A stretch of DNA of 59,175 nucleotides, filler included. It is 6 parts of 6 records of this genome, joined end to end, with 100 filler letters (N's around TTAATTAATTAA, not from the genome) between each part and the next. Parts side by side here need not be neighbours in the genome. Positions count along the whole stretch, not along the records: positions 34,410 to 42,352 come from SRR20825019_1562; positions 42,453 to 53,191 come from SRR20825019_1575; 4 more parts are not named here. One strand, given 5' to 3'. Both the position numbers and the translations under genes were made by a program. A model generated the notes under the pieces. The model did no database searches, was not told where the DNA came from, and was given only the letters and a program-made list of their open reading frames with translations. Below are positions 36,562 to 47,597 of the stretch, piece after piece. Position 1 is the first letter of the stretch; each line of letters opens with the position of its first letter.

Positions 36562-38114
36562 ATGTTCTTCGTTTCTTCCGCTTGCCGTTCGCAGCTCCAG
36601 CGGGTAGCGAGAATGGAAGCTCTAAGGAGCACGTGGGCGGGCAACGTCGCCAACATCCATACCGGGCGCGCCTGTGTTGAGTTCGAGGTGTGGGCGCACC
36701 ATTTTGCCAACCGGCGTTCACTTATTGGTGTTCTTGTGTAGAACACGGGCAAATGTACTCGCATTGGCTGCAGTTTGGACCACAACAACTGTGAGCGCAA
36801 GAAGCCTGCCATTACGTCACTGCTGACTCAATAACCATGCAGCTGACAATGTGATGAAGAAGGGAAATATGACACCTGCCGAGTTACGAGAGTATCAAGG
36901 TGAAAGATTTTAAGGAATTTAAGGAATGGGAGCCTTATATATACTGATAAAGGTTGTAGTGCGGCGGATCCTCCAGCACTCTGCCGAACGAGATCACCCC
37001 AACGTTCCCGAATCGAAGCGGACGTGCCCTCAGTGCTGGCTCGTGATAGGGTGGTGCATCTGTAATAGGGTGAAAATGGCTCTCGGAGCTGACGACAGGC
37101 TCGTTACACGTGCTCGGTTTGCTGTCTATATGCATCCGAAGGAATATCACCGGGCCAGCAACACCGGGAAGTTGGCAGAGCTGGTATTGGGAGAGGAGAA
37201 TGGAGAGACCTTCATATGCGACCTTCCTGAACACGAAGCCGCACTGACGAAGGTGTGTTGAACTGTGGCGGGGTTCGCACTTGTGTGTGTATGTCTAGAC
37301 GAAGAGTGGAGGGGCCAATGGATAGCAAGGTTCTACGTAGTCCAATGTGGTGACTCTCGATCGCTAACGCGTACTTTGCCCAGCGCATTCGAGCTTCATG
37401 GCCGAACATTTGTATCCTGTTTCCATCAGACCATGCCATCTCGGTCTCGGACTACCTGAGCGGGTCCCAACTCCTTTCAGCCAGCGCTTACAGTAGCACA
37501 CGCCCGTGGGAAGAAGGCGAACCAGCCTCATATGCCGCATACCTTGCGAGGCACAACGCACCAGCGGCGACACCAACATCTAATGCAGTGGCGGATGTGA
37601 TTCTCATCGACTCGACCTGGCCTCAGGTAAGTGTTGTATTGAGCTCAGCCGAACTAGCTCATGCTGGTGATTCAGGCAAAGCGAATGGTCGGGCGATTCC
37701 CAGAGTGGATTCCGCGTGTGAAACTCAGCCCGGATACTCTTTCAAGCTTCACGTAGGTTCAAATGATGCATCACTTTGCAGCGACCTTAATTGCGCATGC
37801 CAGCATCCGCTCCCAATCACAGGCTGATCGTATTAGCACCATAGAGGCGGCGCGGATGTTGTTGGCGGAGTTGGGTGAAGAGAAAAGAGTTCTTGAGAGC
37901 CTTGATCGATCATTGGAGGTATGTTTCGACGCATAGTCGCATCTGCAAATTCTCGTTGAGCGCATTTTAGGTTCTCAATGAGGCGTACTTGGCACAAGGA
38001 AATAAGAACAATGATCATTACAAGAGGGAAAAACAGAAGAAAACAGCGGGCCGCTTGTTGAAATCTCAAATACCTAGACCTGGAATAGCCTGCCACACCG
38101 GAAATCCTAAATGA
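36562..38114 (+). CDS. DTW-domain tRNA aminocarboxypropyltransferase-like protein (DTWD2/TapT family) with N-terminal CCCH zinc finger, multi-exon
   Basis: Motifs CPQC...CIC, HPKE...SNTGKL, VILIDSTW and STIEAA; introns 36688-36741, 36791-36842, 36900-36959 and others. Confidence 0.78.
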
Positions 38115-38177
38115 CTGAGTAACTGGCAGAGGTTTCTTGGAACATTAATTATATTTACGCATAGGAGAGCATTAAGC

Positions 38178-40949
38178 CTAAAGCTCAACCTCATCGTGTC
38201 CAAACATGGCGTCGAACTCGCCTGCCTCATAGTCCCCATGCGCTTGGAGGACGTCCTCTCCTAGGTCACCCAAGAGCTCCATAAGGGGATGGATAGGCGT
38301 GGTCATGCGACAGAATTCCTGGGCGATCCCCACGGTTTCGCCGAGGTTGAGCGTTGCGTGGGGCCACTGGGCGGGGATGTAGAGAAGGTCACCGGCCTCC
38401 TGGGTGCATTCAAATGCCTCCATCAGATGTGGATCCTTGGTAAAGTCCTCGCGGAGCATCTTAAGCACAGGCTTTGTGTGAATTACGGAATCGTGCCATC
38501 TGTAGGGAGCTGCAAGACGAGTGTCGGCACAGGTTATGTTTAAACATTGTGCACTTACGAGGCAGAATAAACCACTTCTTGCGGCCGTACACCACAGCAC
38601 AATAAGCATGGTTGTGATGGTGCCACGGAGCTCCTGCAGTGTAAATGTTAGGTGCCGAAGTGTTTTGAAAACACCGCCGTCCTCATACCGCTGAAGGTGG
38701 GCCCAATGCTAAACTGCTCAGATCCGGGGCTGGAGCAGAATCCGAACGTGGATGGAGGCTCGAAGTCGCCGGGCCACTCCTCCGCCCCTTCCCGCATCAT
38801 GAAGTCTACATCGAAAATAACGTTGTTTGGTGCGTCGGGTCGAATTGATTCTGCGGTGTCAGCCGGCATCTGGGACACGAATTCTGACACCGTTCCTCGC
38901 TTAATTGTGGCGGGGTCACCGAATTGATAAGCATACGGAACAGGAGCGTAGGGGACCTTGACTGAACCATATGCCTCCAGAAGAGACTTTTTCGTCCATC
39001 TGCACAGGAGTTAGTCATTGCATATGTTGCTTATGTTGCCATACTTTTGAAAAGCAAGCCAATGCTTGATAGCATTTCGGATGATAACCGGCTTTCCAAT
39101 CGAAAAATAGTTTTGGATGAACTCTTCATTTGTAATCTTCGCCCCATCCACAACATCAATATCACAGCGATCCAGATCCAGTGGCGCCCCCGCCTTCTCG
39201 AGGGTACTTTTCAGGGCATTCCTGGACGGTTGTGCCCAACCTCCCTTATATATCACGTCGTCGACCTTCCCTTCAGCCTCACGAGGGGCATCTACCTCAT
39301 TCTTTCGATGTCTGGGCCGCATGAGGACTTTGGGGTCGACAGGAGTATCGCTTGAATCAGCAAGATCCTTCGGGATCTGAACCTCCCCAGCCCCATAGAA
39401 ATAGTTCCACAACTTATCAGGAAATGATTCTTCGTTCGGGTTCTCCTTGAAGTGGCTGTCCCATGATTCAATTACTGGAGTATGAAGAATAAGATCCCCG
39501 CAGAGGGCCGCTAACATAGCTCTCGCATGACTGACTTACCATGCATCATCTCCAGAAATCCGTGGGCAACCGCAATATCGTGAGCCGTTCGCCCATTTTT
39601 GTCTCTCATGTGAAGCACTTCGTCGGTGGTGTACGGGAGCATGTGCTTGATTGATACGGTGTCCCCCCTAAGGGCTGCAAGGGTGTCGCCTTTAACTATC
39701 CAGACCAGAGTAAACCCCACCTCCACAAATTCCAAGATTGAGGAATCTGGGCCTTTCCATACCTGCGACGTGGAGAGCAGTCCTCCCTCCCAAGTCCACC
39801 GTCTTTCCGGGAACAGCACCGTTTTGAAGGAGCAAGGGAAGAATGTTGTGTTTTTCATCCAGAAACTCGTCGTGCCCGCCTGCAAATAAGATGCATGATG
39901 GTGAGCAGACTTGCTGTAACTCTTGCTGACACTGGACTAGACAGAACTTACTGTAGAATGAATGGGCATCATATGCGGCGTAGTGGAGTGCATCAATACC
40001 CTCACTGGTCACTGCGTTGACATCGGCTCCATGCATCACCAGGGTATAGACCAGGTCTCGCCGTCTTGATCTGATTGCAACGATCAACGGCTTCACACAC
40101 GATGAGCCCAGAACACGGCAAGAGACCATTAGCCATGCCCCACTCAATGCCTTTGTTGACTAAAGCTCACCGTGAAACCATCATCATCTTGTTCATTATA
40201 CTCCGCCCCGTAGTCCAAAAGAGTCGCGACAACCCCTATCCTGGAAGACTGGCCCATCCCTACAGCATAGAACAAAGCCCCGGTGAATTTCTGGTTTGGG
40301 TTCAAATCCATTCCTTGCCGCCGGAGGTTAGGATTTGCCCCATACATTAGCAGTAACCGGACCATTTCTTCATTGCCCAGTCCTGCAGCGAGGTGCAACG
40401 CTGGCAATATGGGCAGTTCAAGCTCGGGCTTTTTCTGCAATATCTCCTCTGTCAGCTCAACCGTCCTTTCGTTAACGGCATCAAGGTCAACTCCATGAGA
40501 AAGAACTGCACAACGATGAAAGGAAGGCAGGGAATTAGAACCCCCACCCAGTTATTTTAAAGCGAAACAGCCCTGCACACACCTTGTTTCGCGAAAGTGA
40601 CGTTCCCTTTGGCAACAGCCATCACCAAGGCATGAGTGTGCACCCTTCTCGTGGTCTGTTCCTCCCCTTTTGCAATATCTTGAGCAGAAACATATCCACC
40701 TTCTATCATTTCCTCTTCGACGTTTTTTTCCCAGTCTTCTTCGTGGTGCTCGTCAGAGCCACCATGGGGGACCGCAGTATCCCAGCCTCCCGCGACAATT
40801 GGAGAGGCCTCGGGCACATTGGCCTCGTCATGCAAGACGGCGAAGGAGTCAGGGACATCCTCCTCCTCGAGTCCATGGGCCGGACACGCGAGTACACTAA
40901 TTGCTGCACACAGGGCAACTACCCCGAGTGCCCGAATCCGGTGCGTCAT
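38178..40949 (-). CDS. Secretory-pathway ankyrin-repeat plus JmjC (JMJD8-like) protein, multi-exon
   Basis: Signal peptide MTHRIRALGVVALCAAISVLACPAHG; ankyrin motifs ALHLAAGLGNEEMVRLLLMYGANPN and GRTALHVA; JmjC-type motifs GKPVIIRN, FSIGPTFSG and CTQEAGDLLYIPAQWPHATLN; ends HDEVEL. Confidence 0.8.
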
Positions 40950-41139
40950 TCCGTGGCCAGAAGCTAGAAAGCTTAACGACTGCCTGCAGAACGTCCCCAG
41001 TGCGAAGTATAGATATTTCCTTCTTTGAAATTCATTTTTTTCAATAGCAATGTTAACAGAAGCTTGCTGTTGGCGGAGGGGAACAGCAAGGTATTATTGT
41101 GTTTTGAAGGACAGGCTTGGCCGCCTGTCCGGTGTTGAC

Positions 41140-41520
41140 CATCGAGCCCGGCCGTGGTCCTTTGCCTCCGAGCCTGACACGGGCTCCCCTCCCCCCGGTC
41201 CGGTGCCTGGCTCGCGGCGGAGGGCGCGTGCAGTGCCGGCGAGCCTCGCCTCGGAGCCGGAGTCCGTCGGGTCGCCGGGCCCCCGACTCGGCGATCCCGG
41301 GGGCCCGGGGGCCGGGGCGCCGGGGCCGGCCCGGCCGGACAACTGACAGCGGGGCGGCCGCCCGCCGGGGACGCCGCGCGCCGCCGCCCGACCCGGAGTC
41401 GGACCGGCACGGCCCCACTGTCGTGGCCCGCGCGGCCCGGCAGTCGAGGGCGTCATCGGCTGGGCTCGCGAGTCCCCTAAGCTGAACCACCTCCGCCGGC
41501 GGCCCCACTCGCGGTTGGCC
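41140..41520. promoter_or_regulatory. GC-rich island upstream of the ankyrin-JmjC gene
   Basis: GC/CpG-rich tract 5' of the minus-strand gene. Confidence 0.4.
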
Positions 41521-42010
41521 TCCGGCCTTGTAGTATGCAATACCCTCCCCATGGTGGGGGCTTTGCATGGTGTCGACCGGGATCATCCAGTCCGATGATC
41601 GCGGTCAGTGCCGTCCTCCCCTGGCAGAGGGACATCGTCCCAACAAGAAATAATTACACAGTTGTGCATCTTTCTCGATTTATTCTCATCACGAAATTGT
41701 AAACCAAGGCCCGAAGGCCGGGGCAATGCCCCAAAACTGTGACAAGAAAGAATTAGCACCAGCCAAAGCTCAGGCAATTCTCACTTACCCGGGGAGTTCC
41801 TATCGCGGCCCGTCACGTTGCGCTACTGCACGAACATCAAGCACGGGAGGTAAGCAATGGACTTCACAAAAAGATATTCAAACTTACCACGGTGATGCTC
41901 GGAGAGAAGTCGTTCCCATCTTAGAATACTAGATCTTCTCAGAGTCAGTATGACACGATGCACCTTTCACCTCAACGTACAATTACTACAATCGGATCGC
42001 TGCTTCCTCT

Positions 42011-42352
42011 CTCGGTGCTCGGTGCTCGGTGCTCGGTGCTCTGGTTGGTCACGGGCCAACGGTGGTCACGGGCCACGCGGCGAATCACGGGCCGCCCCAT
42101 AGACCACGGGCTATGAAGCAGATCACAAGCTGCAAGCGGTCACGGGCCGCGGCGCACTCGAGGCGCCTGGAGTGCACGTGCTCCGAGACAATCACGGGTG
42201 TCTCTGCAGATCACAGGCTGCCTAACACACACGGGGTGTTCGCACTCACGGGGTGCCGCACACACGGGGTGCCTCTTATCATGTGGTCTTCCGCCCCTTT
42301 TCTCTCCGCTCATCTCTTCCTCAATCCGTCCGTCCGTCCGTCCGTCCGTCCG
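42011..42352. repeat. Repeat cluster: (CTCGGTG)x4, a degenerate ~18-bp array with a CACGGG core, and a (TCCG)n microsatellite at the contig end
   Basis: CACGGG at 42050, 42067, 42086, 42105, 42141, 42193, 42230, 42247 and 42263. Confidence 0.7.
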
Positions 42353-42452
42353 NNNNNNNNNNNNNNNNNNNNNNNNNNNNNNNNNNNNNNNNNNNNTTAA
42401 TTAATTAANNNNNNNNNNNNNNNNNNNNNNNNNNNNNNNNNNNNNNNNNNNN
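42353..42452. other. Artificial contig spacer
   Basis: N44-TTAATTAATTAA-N44. Confidence 0.98.
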
Positions 42453-42542
42453 CCAGCATGCTGGCGGTGCAGGTAAGGTCTGATATCACAGCCTCAAGAT
42501 GACAAACAAAACCCGGTGCCCGACATTTGGAATGAGGGAAGC

Positions 42543-43838
42543 ATGCTGACAGTTCCCTACTACACGGTTGCCAAAACAGCGGATGTCGTTCGACCTGCAA
42601 CGATCATCCGCGATACCGAGTGGGATCAAGTGAAGAGCCACAGTCTCCCTACCGGTTTCCACTATCTTGTCTATGACGGATGCAGAATTGTTGAGCCGGT
42701 CTTATTCTATCTCCATGACAAATGCGTCCGGTCCTCGAGAATTCCCTCGGTAGGAAACACACAAACAGCTTTAACCTATGACCTGTATGAGTGGTTCACA
42801 TATCTAGGCTTGATTCATAGGGATTGGGACGCTGCTTGTTTCGATGACATCGAACTATATCGCGACAAGCTTTTATGCAGCAAATCACCTAAAACCGGTA
42901 AACGATATGCTGTTGCAACAGTACGCCGCAGGCTTGGCACCATCGTTGACTTCTATGAATGGGCGTCCAGACAAGGCTTGATTGAATTTGATGCGAAAGA
43001 GTTTTACGAAGAACGTATCAAACCCCGAAATTATGCAATTACCCGGATGGCGCATGTTCAATCCGGCGACAATACGGTCAAAACGAGTAAACTGCTTCCG
43101 AGAACCTATAACAGTGAAACGGCTGAGGCATTTTCTCCCGAAGCTCTTCAACGAGTGCTCGCCGAACTTGGTTCGATCCCCGGAGACAAAGCTGATCGTC
43201 GTCCATGCAGAGACCGGCTCATTGCCAGCCTTGCTGTCGCCACAGGAATGCGACTTGACGAATGCGCCAACCTCACTCTGTCGCAATACAAGAATCTCAA
43301 GAAAGATGGTAGCTACAGCAACGTCGCATTGCCTCTTTACAAAACCAAAGGCCTGAAGCCGCGCACAGTTGTCGTACCGGGCATAATCCATGATGATCTG
43401 CGACATTACGTAAAAACAGAACGGGCCCGTGCGGTTCGACGCGCGAAAACATCTGTCGAGGCTCTTTTTGTCAATCACGCCCATGCCAAAAGAAATCCGG
43501 GTGAAGCAATGACAGCTCATTCCATCTGGCGCCACTTTCAGCGCGCGGTTCTGAAAGCCGGTCTTGTATGCCCTTCCCATAAAAACGGCACAACCAGCCC
43601 CTTAGACAGACCTGAAGCCCTGCACAGCTTTCATCACCTCCGTCATACCTTTGCGGTTACCATGTATTTTGAACTGGTTCGCGCGGGCAAAGCAGAACCC
43701 TGGCTCAGCCTGCGAACATTGCTTGGCCATAGTCACATAACGACAACAATCAATACATATTTGCGGAGTGTACAAATTCGGGAAGCACTCATGACAGATA
43801 CCCTGAATACGTATCTCAAGGCCCTACGCGATGGCTAG
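42543..43838 (+). CDS. Tyrosine recombinase (GinA-like)
   Basis: Catalytic set TGMRLDE (R), TKG (K), HHLRH (HxxR), LLGH and TTINTY (Y); RBS-like GAGGGA before ATG 42543. Confidence 0.9.
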   Translation: MLTVPYYTVAKTADVVRPATIIRDTEWDQVKSHSLPTGFHYLVYDGCRIVEPVLFYLHDKCVRSSRIPSVGNTQTALTYDLYEWFTYLGLIHRDWDAACFDDIELYRDKLLCSKSPKTGKRYAVATVRRRLGTIVDFYEWASRQGLIEFDAKEFYEERIKPRNYAITRMAHVQSGDNTVKTSKLLPRTYNSETAEAFSPEALQRVLAELGSIPGDKADRRPCRDRLIASLAVATGMRLDECANLTLSQYKNLKKDGSYSNVALPLYKTKGLKPRTVVVPGIIHDDLRHYVKTERARAVRRAKTSVEALFVNHAHAKRNPGEAMTAHSIWRHFQRAVLKAGLVCPSHKNGTTSPLDRPEALHSFHHLRHTFAVTMYFELVRAGKAEPWLSLRTLLGHSHITTTINTYLRSVQIREALMTDTLNTYLKALRDG

Positions 43839-45687
43839 AAAGCGCATGGACAGATCTTTTCTCACGTATCGCCCGGGTGCGGCACCTGCCTTCGACAGGA
43901 ACAACCTGGCCCGTCCGGAAAAGGAAGAGAGAGAATACGGGGTTATCCAAAAGCTGTCACCTGACGGAAAACTGTGTCAACTCACGCTAAACTGTCCCCG
44001 TACCGCAAAATCCAACCGCGGCAGTGCCCAGATCAATGTCAGCGACGATTGGCTGAAAGCCGAACATCTGTCTGTTCCGTTTGCTACGGCCATTTTCTCG
44101 CATATTCGCAAGTTTGGTCCCTCTACCCAGGTCAACAAGGTTCAAGCTCTCAATCGCTTCTTTGCTTTTATGTGCGAACAGGGAAAAGCACATTTTAAAC
44201 TGTCGGATCTGACCACAACTCTTTTTAATGAGTACATTTTCTGGCTCGACACCCAACAGCTTACAAGCAAAACGAAAGCCGGGTTAATCTCCCCACTCCG
44301 TGTTGTATTGCACTATCTTAAACAAAATCCACAATATACAAGCGAAGTCCCTGGGGATGCTTATATCCAGCCAAATCCCTGGCCTGGAATAAACGAGCAA
44401 ATTGCTCATCGACCAATTTTGGCTATCACCGATCTTGTAACGATTGAGCGCGCCTGCATCAAAGAAATGCAGACATGGATGCGCAAATGGGAAGAAGGAA
44501 ACGACTTTATTAAATCAGGTAGAGAACGCCTGCAGGCGGGTGCTTCACCCACCGAGCATAGACTTGAAACATTGCTGGCAATCATTGAAGACCGCTATGG
44601 TGGCTATGTGACGAACAGCAAACAATTCTTTGCTGACGGCGATGGCCGGCGACGACAAATCGAGTTTTTCGGAGGGATCAAGGGTATTGCTCCGTGGCTG
44701 TATGCAACAAAGCGCTCTCTGGTCCCGTTTGTCGTGATGATGGCAATCAGGACGGCCTTCAATCCGGAAACCATACTGGCTTTACGAAAATCCGCCCTTC
44801 GGGAGAGCTCGTTACTTAAAGGAAGTGCCGAACTGGCGCCGAGATATCGGGTGGTCGGCGGGAAGAAACGCGCGCGAGGCGATCAGGTTCGAACCTATCC
44901 TCAGGATAGCACAGAGATTGATAGCCCGATTTCCATTTTCAACAATGTCGGAAAGCTGACCCGTCGCCTCCCAAATGCCGAGCACGATCCCGACCATGAT
45001 ATGCTCTTCATATTTCAGGGCAGAAATTACGGAAGGGCTCATCATTATCTCAATGCAACCTGCACCTTCCCTAACGCACTTTCTGCTTTCAGAAAAGATA
45101 ATCAACTCCCTGATTTCAGCTTGTCGAACATTCGCCCCACCATCTCGGAGATTGTCAATCAACTGAGTAACGGGGATATCAAGGCACAACAGGCAATTCT
45201 CAATCATTGGCACACAGAGACAACGGAAACGCATTATGTGTCGGAAGCGGCCCGGCACCGCAGACGGGAAACATTGGGCAATCTTTTGAACCGACGGGAA
45301 CGATATATCCGGACATCTGGAAAGTCCGATGACCGTATCAATCTTCCAAACAATACAGGTCGCGCCGCAACGCCGGGGTTTGAATGCACCGACCCCTATG
45401 ATTCTCCTCTCGCATCCCAGTCCACAGGACAACTCTGCACCGCCTGGGGAGAGTGTCCGCTATGTCCTCGCGCCGCCGTGATCCCCGACAATTCACACGC
45501 TTTGGCACAACTGCTTCATCTCCACAATGCCATTGAGAAAGCACGTCACGATTTACCGCCAGGTCGCTGGCTATATTGGTCAACGGTACAAAAGGCCCTG
45601 AACAATTGGCTCAGCAAGTTCCCGGCCAAGAGTGTTTGGCATGAGGCCAAAAACATTCAAAGAACCCACGCCATTCTGATCGAATGA
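43831..45687 (+). CDS. Divergent tyrosine-recombinase-like protein (GinB-like) with C-terminal Cys cluster
   Basis: RTAFNPET (N at the first Arg position), SNIRPT, LNH and THY; FECTDPYDSP...CTAWGECPLCP; overlaps the upstream gene. Confidence 0.7.
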   Translation: MARKRMDRSFLTYRPGAAPAFDRNNLARPEKEEREYGVIQKLSPDGKLCQLTLNCPRTAKSNRGSAQINVSDDWLKAEHLSVPFATAIFSHIRKFGPSTQVNKVQALNRFFAFMCEQGKAHFKLSDLTTTLFNEYIFWLDTQQLTSKTKAGLISPLRVVLHYLKQNPQYTSEVPGDAYIQPNPWPGINEQIAHRPILAITDLVTIERACIKEMQTWMRKWEEGNDFIKSGRERLQAGASPTEHRLETLLAIIEDRYGGYVTNSKQFFADGDGRRRQIEFFGGIKGIAPWLYATKRSLVPFVVMMAIRTAFNPETILALRKSALRESSLLKGSAELAPRYRVVGGKKRARGDQVRTYPQDSTEIDSPISIFNNVGKLTRRLPNAEHDPDHDMLFIFQGRNYGRAHHYLNATCTFPNALSAFRKDNQLPDFSLSNIRPTISEIVNQLSNGDIKAQQAILNHWHTETTETHYVSEAARHRRRETLGNLLNRRERYIRTSGKSDDRINLPNNTGRAATPGFECTDPYDSPLASQSTGQLCTAWGECPLCPRAAVIPDNSHALAQLLHLHNAIEKARHDLPPGRWLYWSTVQKALNNWLSKFPAKSVWHEAKNIQRTHAILIE

Positions 45688-45688
45688 C

Positions 45689-47590
45689 ATGAACCCTATA
45701 CAAACCGCTACAGCATATCATCTCATGGCAGCGGAAGATCTGCGGGAAACGAGGATCAACCGCCATTCCCGCTGGTCTGATGACAGATGGTTCTTCGACA
45801 ATCTGACGCCAGGTCACGACGCTGCAGCCAGCACCATACGCTGGGATTTCATCATGCCGGACGGCAGTAAATTCGTAGACCCGAAATGGGCGATATTGCT
45901 CGACGCACATCGTCGACTGGTCTGGTCACTGATTGTCGACCCAAGACAGCGGCATAGATACAAGCCGGGCTCAATGGGCAAACTCTCCCGACGGGTTCTT
46001 TATCTTGCTCGCTGGATGGGCAAATCCGGCTACGCTCATTTCGGCGCGCTTGATACCTGTGCTTTTGACCAGTATCTCGACAACCTGCTCATCGACAAGC
46101 AGAATAAAGCCAATCTCAACGCCGTGTATCTTATGGAACATCTCGCATTGCCTGTTTCTCTGGGATATCAGGCCCCTGTTCTGGCAAAGGCGGGAATTCC
46201 TGTACCGGGCAGCGCCCCCTGGCATGGCATGACAGCGTTCGAGGTCGCGAAACAGCTGGCAGGCAGGGAACAGGGATACGTCCCGCCAGTCCCCGACCCC
46301 ATATTTTTGCACATAATGACCAGCGCCTTGTGCATGCTTGACGCGGCAGAGGATATTATTTTACAGGCTCGGCATTTCGCGGACACCAAAGACCTGCAGG
46401 TTGCCGAAAAACATGCACCAGACAGGAAGCATTTACGCGATCGCATGAACTCTCTGACTGACGCGTGCCTGATCCTCATCCAGGGATTGTCGGGTATCAG
46501 AGTGAGTGAATTGCTGGGACTGCAAGCCTCTGATACGCCACTGGCACAAAATGCCTTGCCCGATTGCATAAAAATTGAACCGTCGGCCAGCGGTCTTCAT
46601 GAGATATTTTATCTTTCCGGTCATATCTACAAGACGACGAAAACGCCTCGCCCGGCCACCTGGGTCACCGGACTGCGCCCGGTCGGGAGTGATCACCTTC
46701 CTGTTCCGGTCAAGGCAATATCTGTCATCGAAAGGTTGTACGCCCCCTGGCGCACTCGAAGAAACATCAACGAACTGATTGTCGGTTTTAGCCGAACAAA
46801 AAGCCTGACCAAAGATGTGAAAGCCCATACTTTAAGTTGGGTCAATCGCTGCCAGAGAAGGTTCTTTGTCAGAAGCGGTGTAAAGGATTGGACTGTTACT
46901 TCTCATCAATGGCGCAAATCCTTCGCCCAATATGTCATCCGAAGCGACAGCTGCATGCTCCCGGTGCTTCAGGAGCATTTCAAACACATCAGTATGGCGA
47001 TGACCGAACAGGGATATATAAATGCGGATCCAGAACTGAAACAGATCCTTGATGATGCTGCGGTTCAGTCAACGGTCTCTCTCATTGGCGAAATGATTGC
47101 CGGCAGAAAAAACGTCACGGGGGCCCTCAGTGGAAAACTGAAAGAGACTGCGAATCAACTCGGAAGATCTCTGGACAACCGTCCCGAAGATGACCGCCGA
47201 CGCGATATTGAAGAACTGGTTCGTACCTCGGGTATACGGGCACATGATATTCGCTGGGGAGAGACATCCCTCGGCACCTGTCTCTTTCGACAGGGAACCG
47301 GAAATTGCACGGTTGGCTGTTCAGCCCGATGGGTGATCAGTGCGCCGCTATGGTCGGCCGCCCGCCCCGATTTGTGTTGGGAATGTCAAAACCTTGTCCT
47401 TGACGAGACTCATTTGCCCTTCTGGAAAGACCGCCGGGCCAAATTGCAAGATGATCTGAAAACGGCAACAACCAATGATGACTTTGCTCTCGCACAACTC
47501 TGCAAACAACGCCTCGAACAATGTATTATGGTGCTAAACAAGCTTGAAACCACCGAAGCTGCAGCTGCAGAAAACAACAATCCCGGGTAA
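45689..47590 (+). CDS. Tyrosine recombinase (GinC-like) with C-terminal Cys cluster
   Basis: Motifs SGIRVSEL, HQWRKSFA, HFKH and TEQGY; C-terminal CLFR...C...CWECQN. Confidence 0.85.
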   Translation: MNPIQTATAYHLMAAEDLRETRINRHSRWSDDRWFFDNLTPGHDAAASTIRWDFIMPDGSKFVDPKWAILLDAHRRLVWSLIVDPRQRHRYKPGSMGKLSRRVLYLARWMGKSGYAHFGALDTCAFDQYLDNLLIDKQNKANLNAVYLMEHLALPVSLGYQAPVLAKAGIPVPGSAPWHGMTAFEVAKQLAGREQGYVPPVPDPIFLHIMTSALCMLDAAEDIILQARHFADTKDLQVAEKHAPDRKHLRDRMNSLTDACLILIQGLSGIRVSELLGLQASDTPLAQNALPDCIKIEPSASGLHEIFYLSGHIYKTTKTPRPATWVTGLRPVGSDHLPVPVKAISVIERLYAPWRTRRNINELIVGFSRTKSLTKDVKAHTLSWVNRCQRRFFVRSGVKDWTVTSHQWRKSFAQYVIRSDSCMLPVLQEHFKHISMAMTEQGYINADPELKQILDDAAVQSTVSLIGEMIAGRKNVTGALSGKLKETANQLGRSLDNRPEDDRRRDIEELVRTSGIRAHDIRWGETSLGTCLFRQGTGNCTVGCSARWVISAPLWSAARPDLCWECQNLVLDETHLPFWKDRRAKLQDDLKTATTNDDFALAQLCKQRLEQCIMVLNKLETTEAAAAENNNPG

Positions 47591-47597
47591 TGAAACC

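Noticed and set aside
42050-42270. CRISPR array
   Set aside because: The conserved core is only 6 bp with a period of about 18 bp, there are no cas genes, and the contig is eukaryotic.
42543-47590. RIT element or prophage integrase
   Set aside because: Two of the genes exceed 600 aa with Cys-rich tails, a fourth small gene follows, and no phage genes are present.
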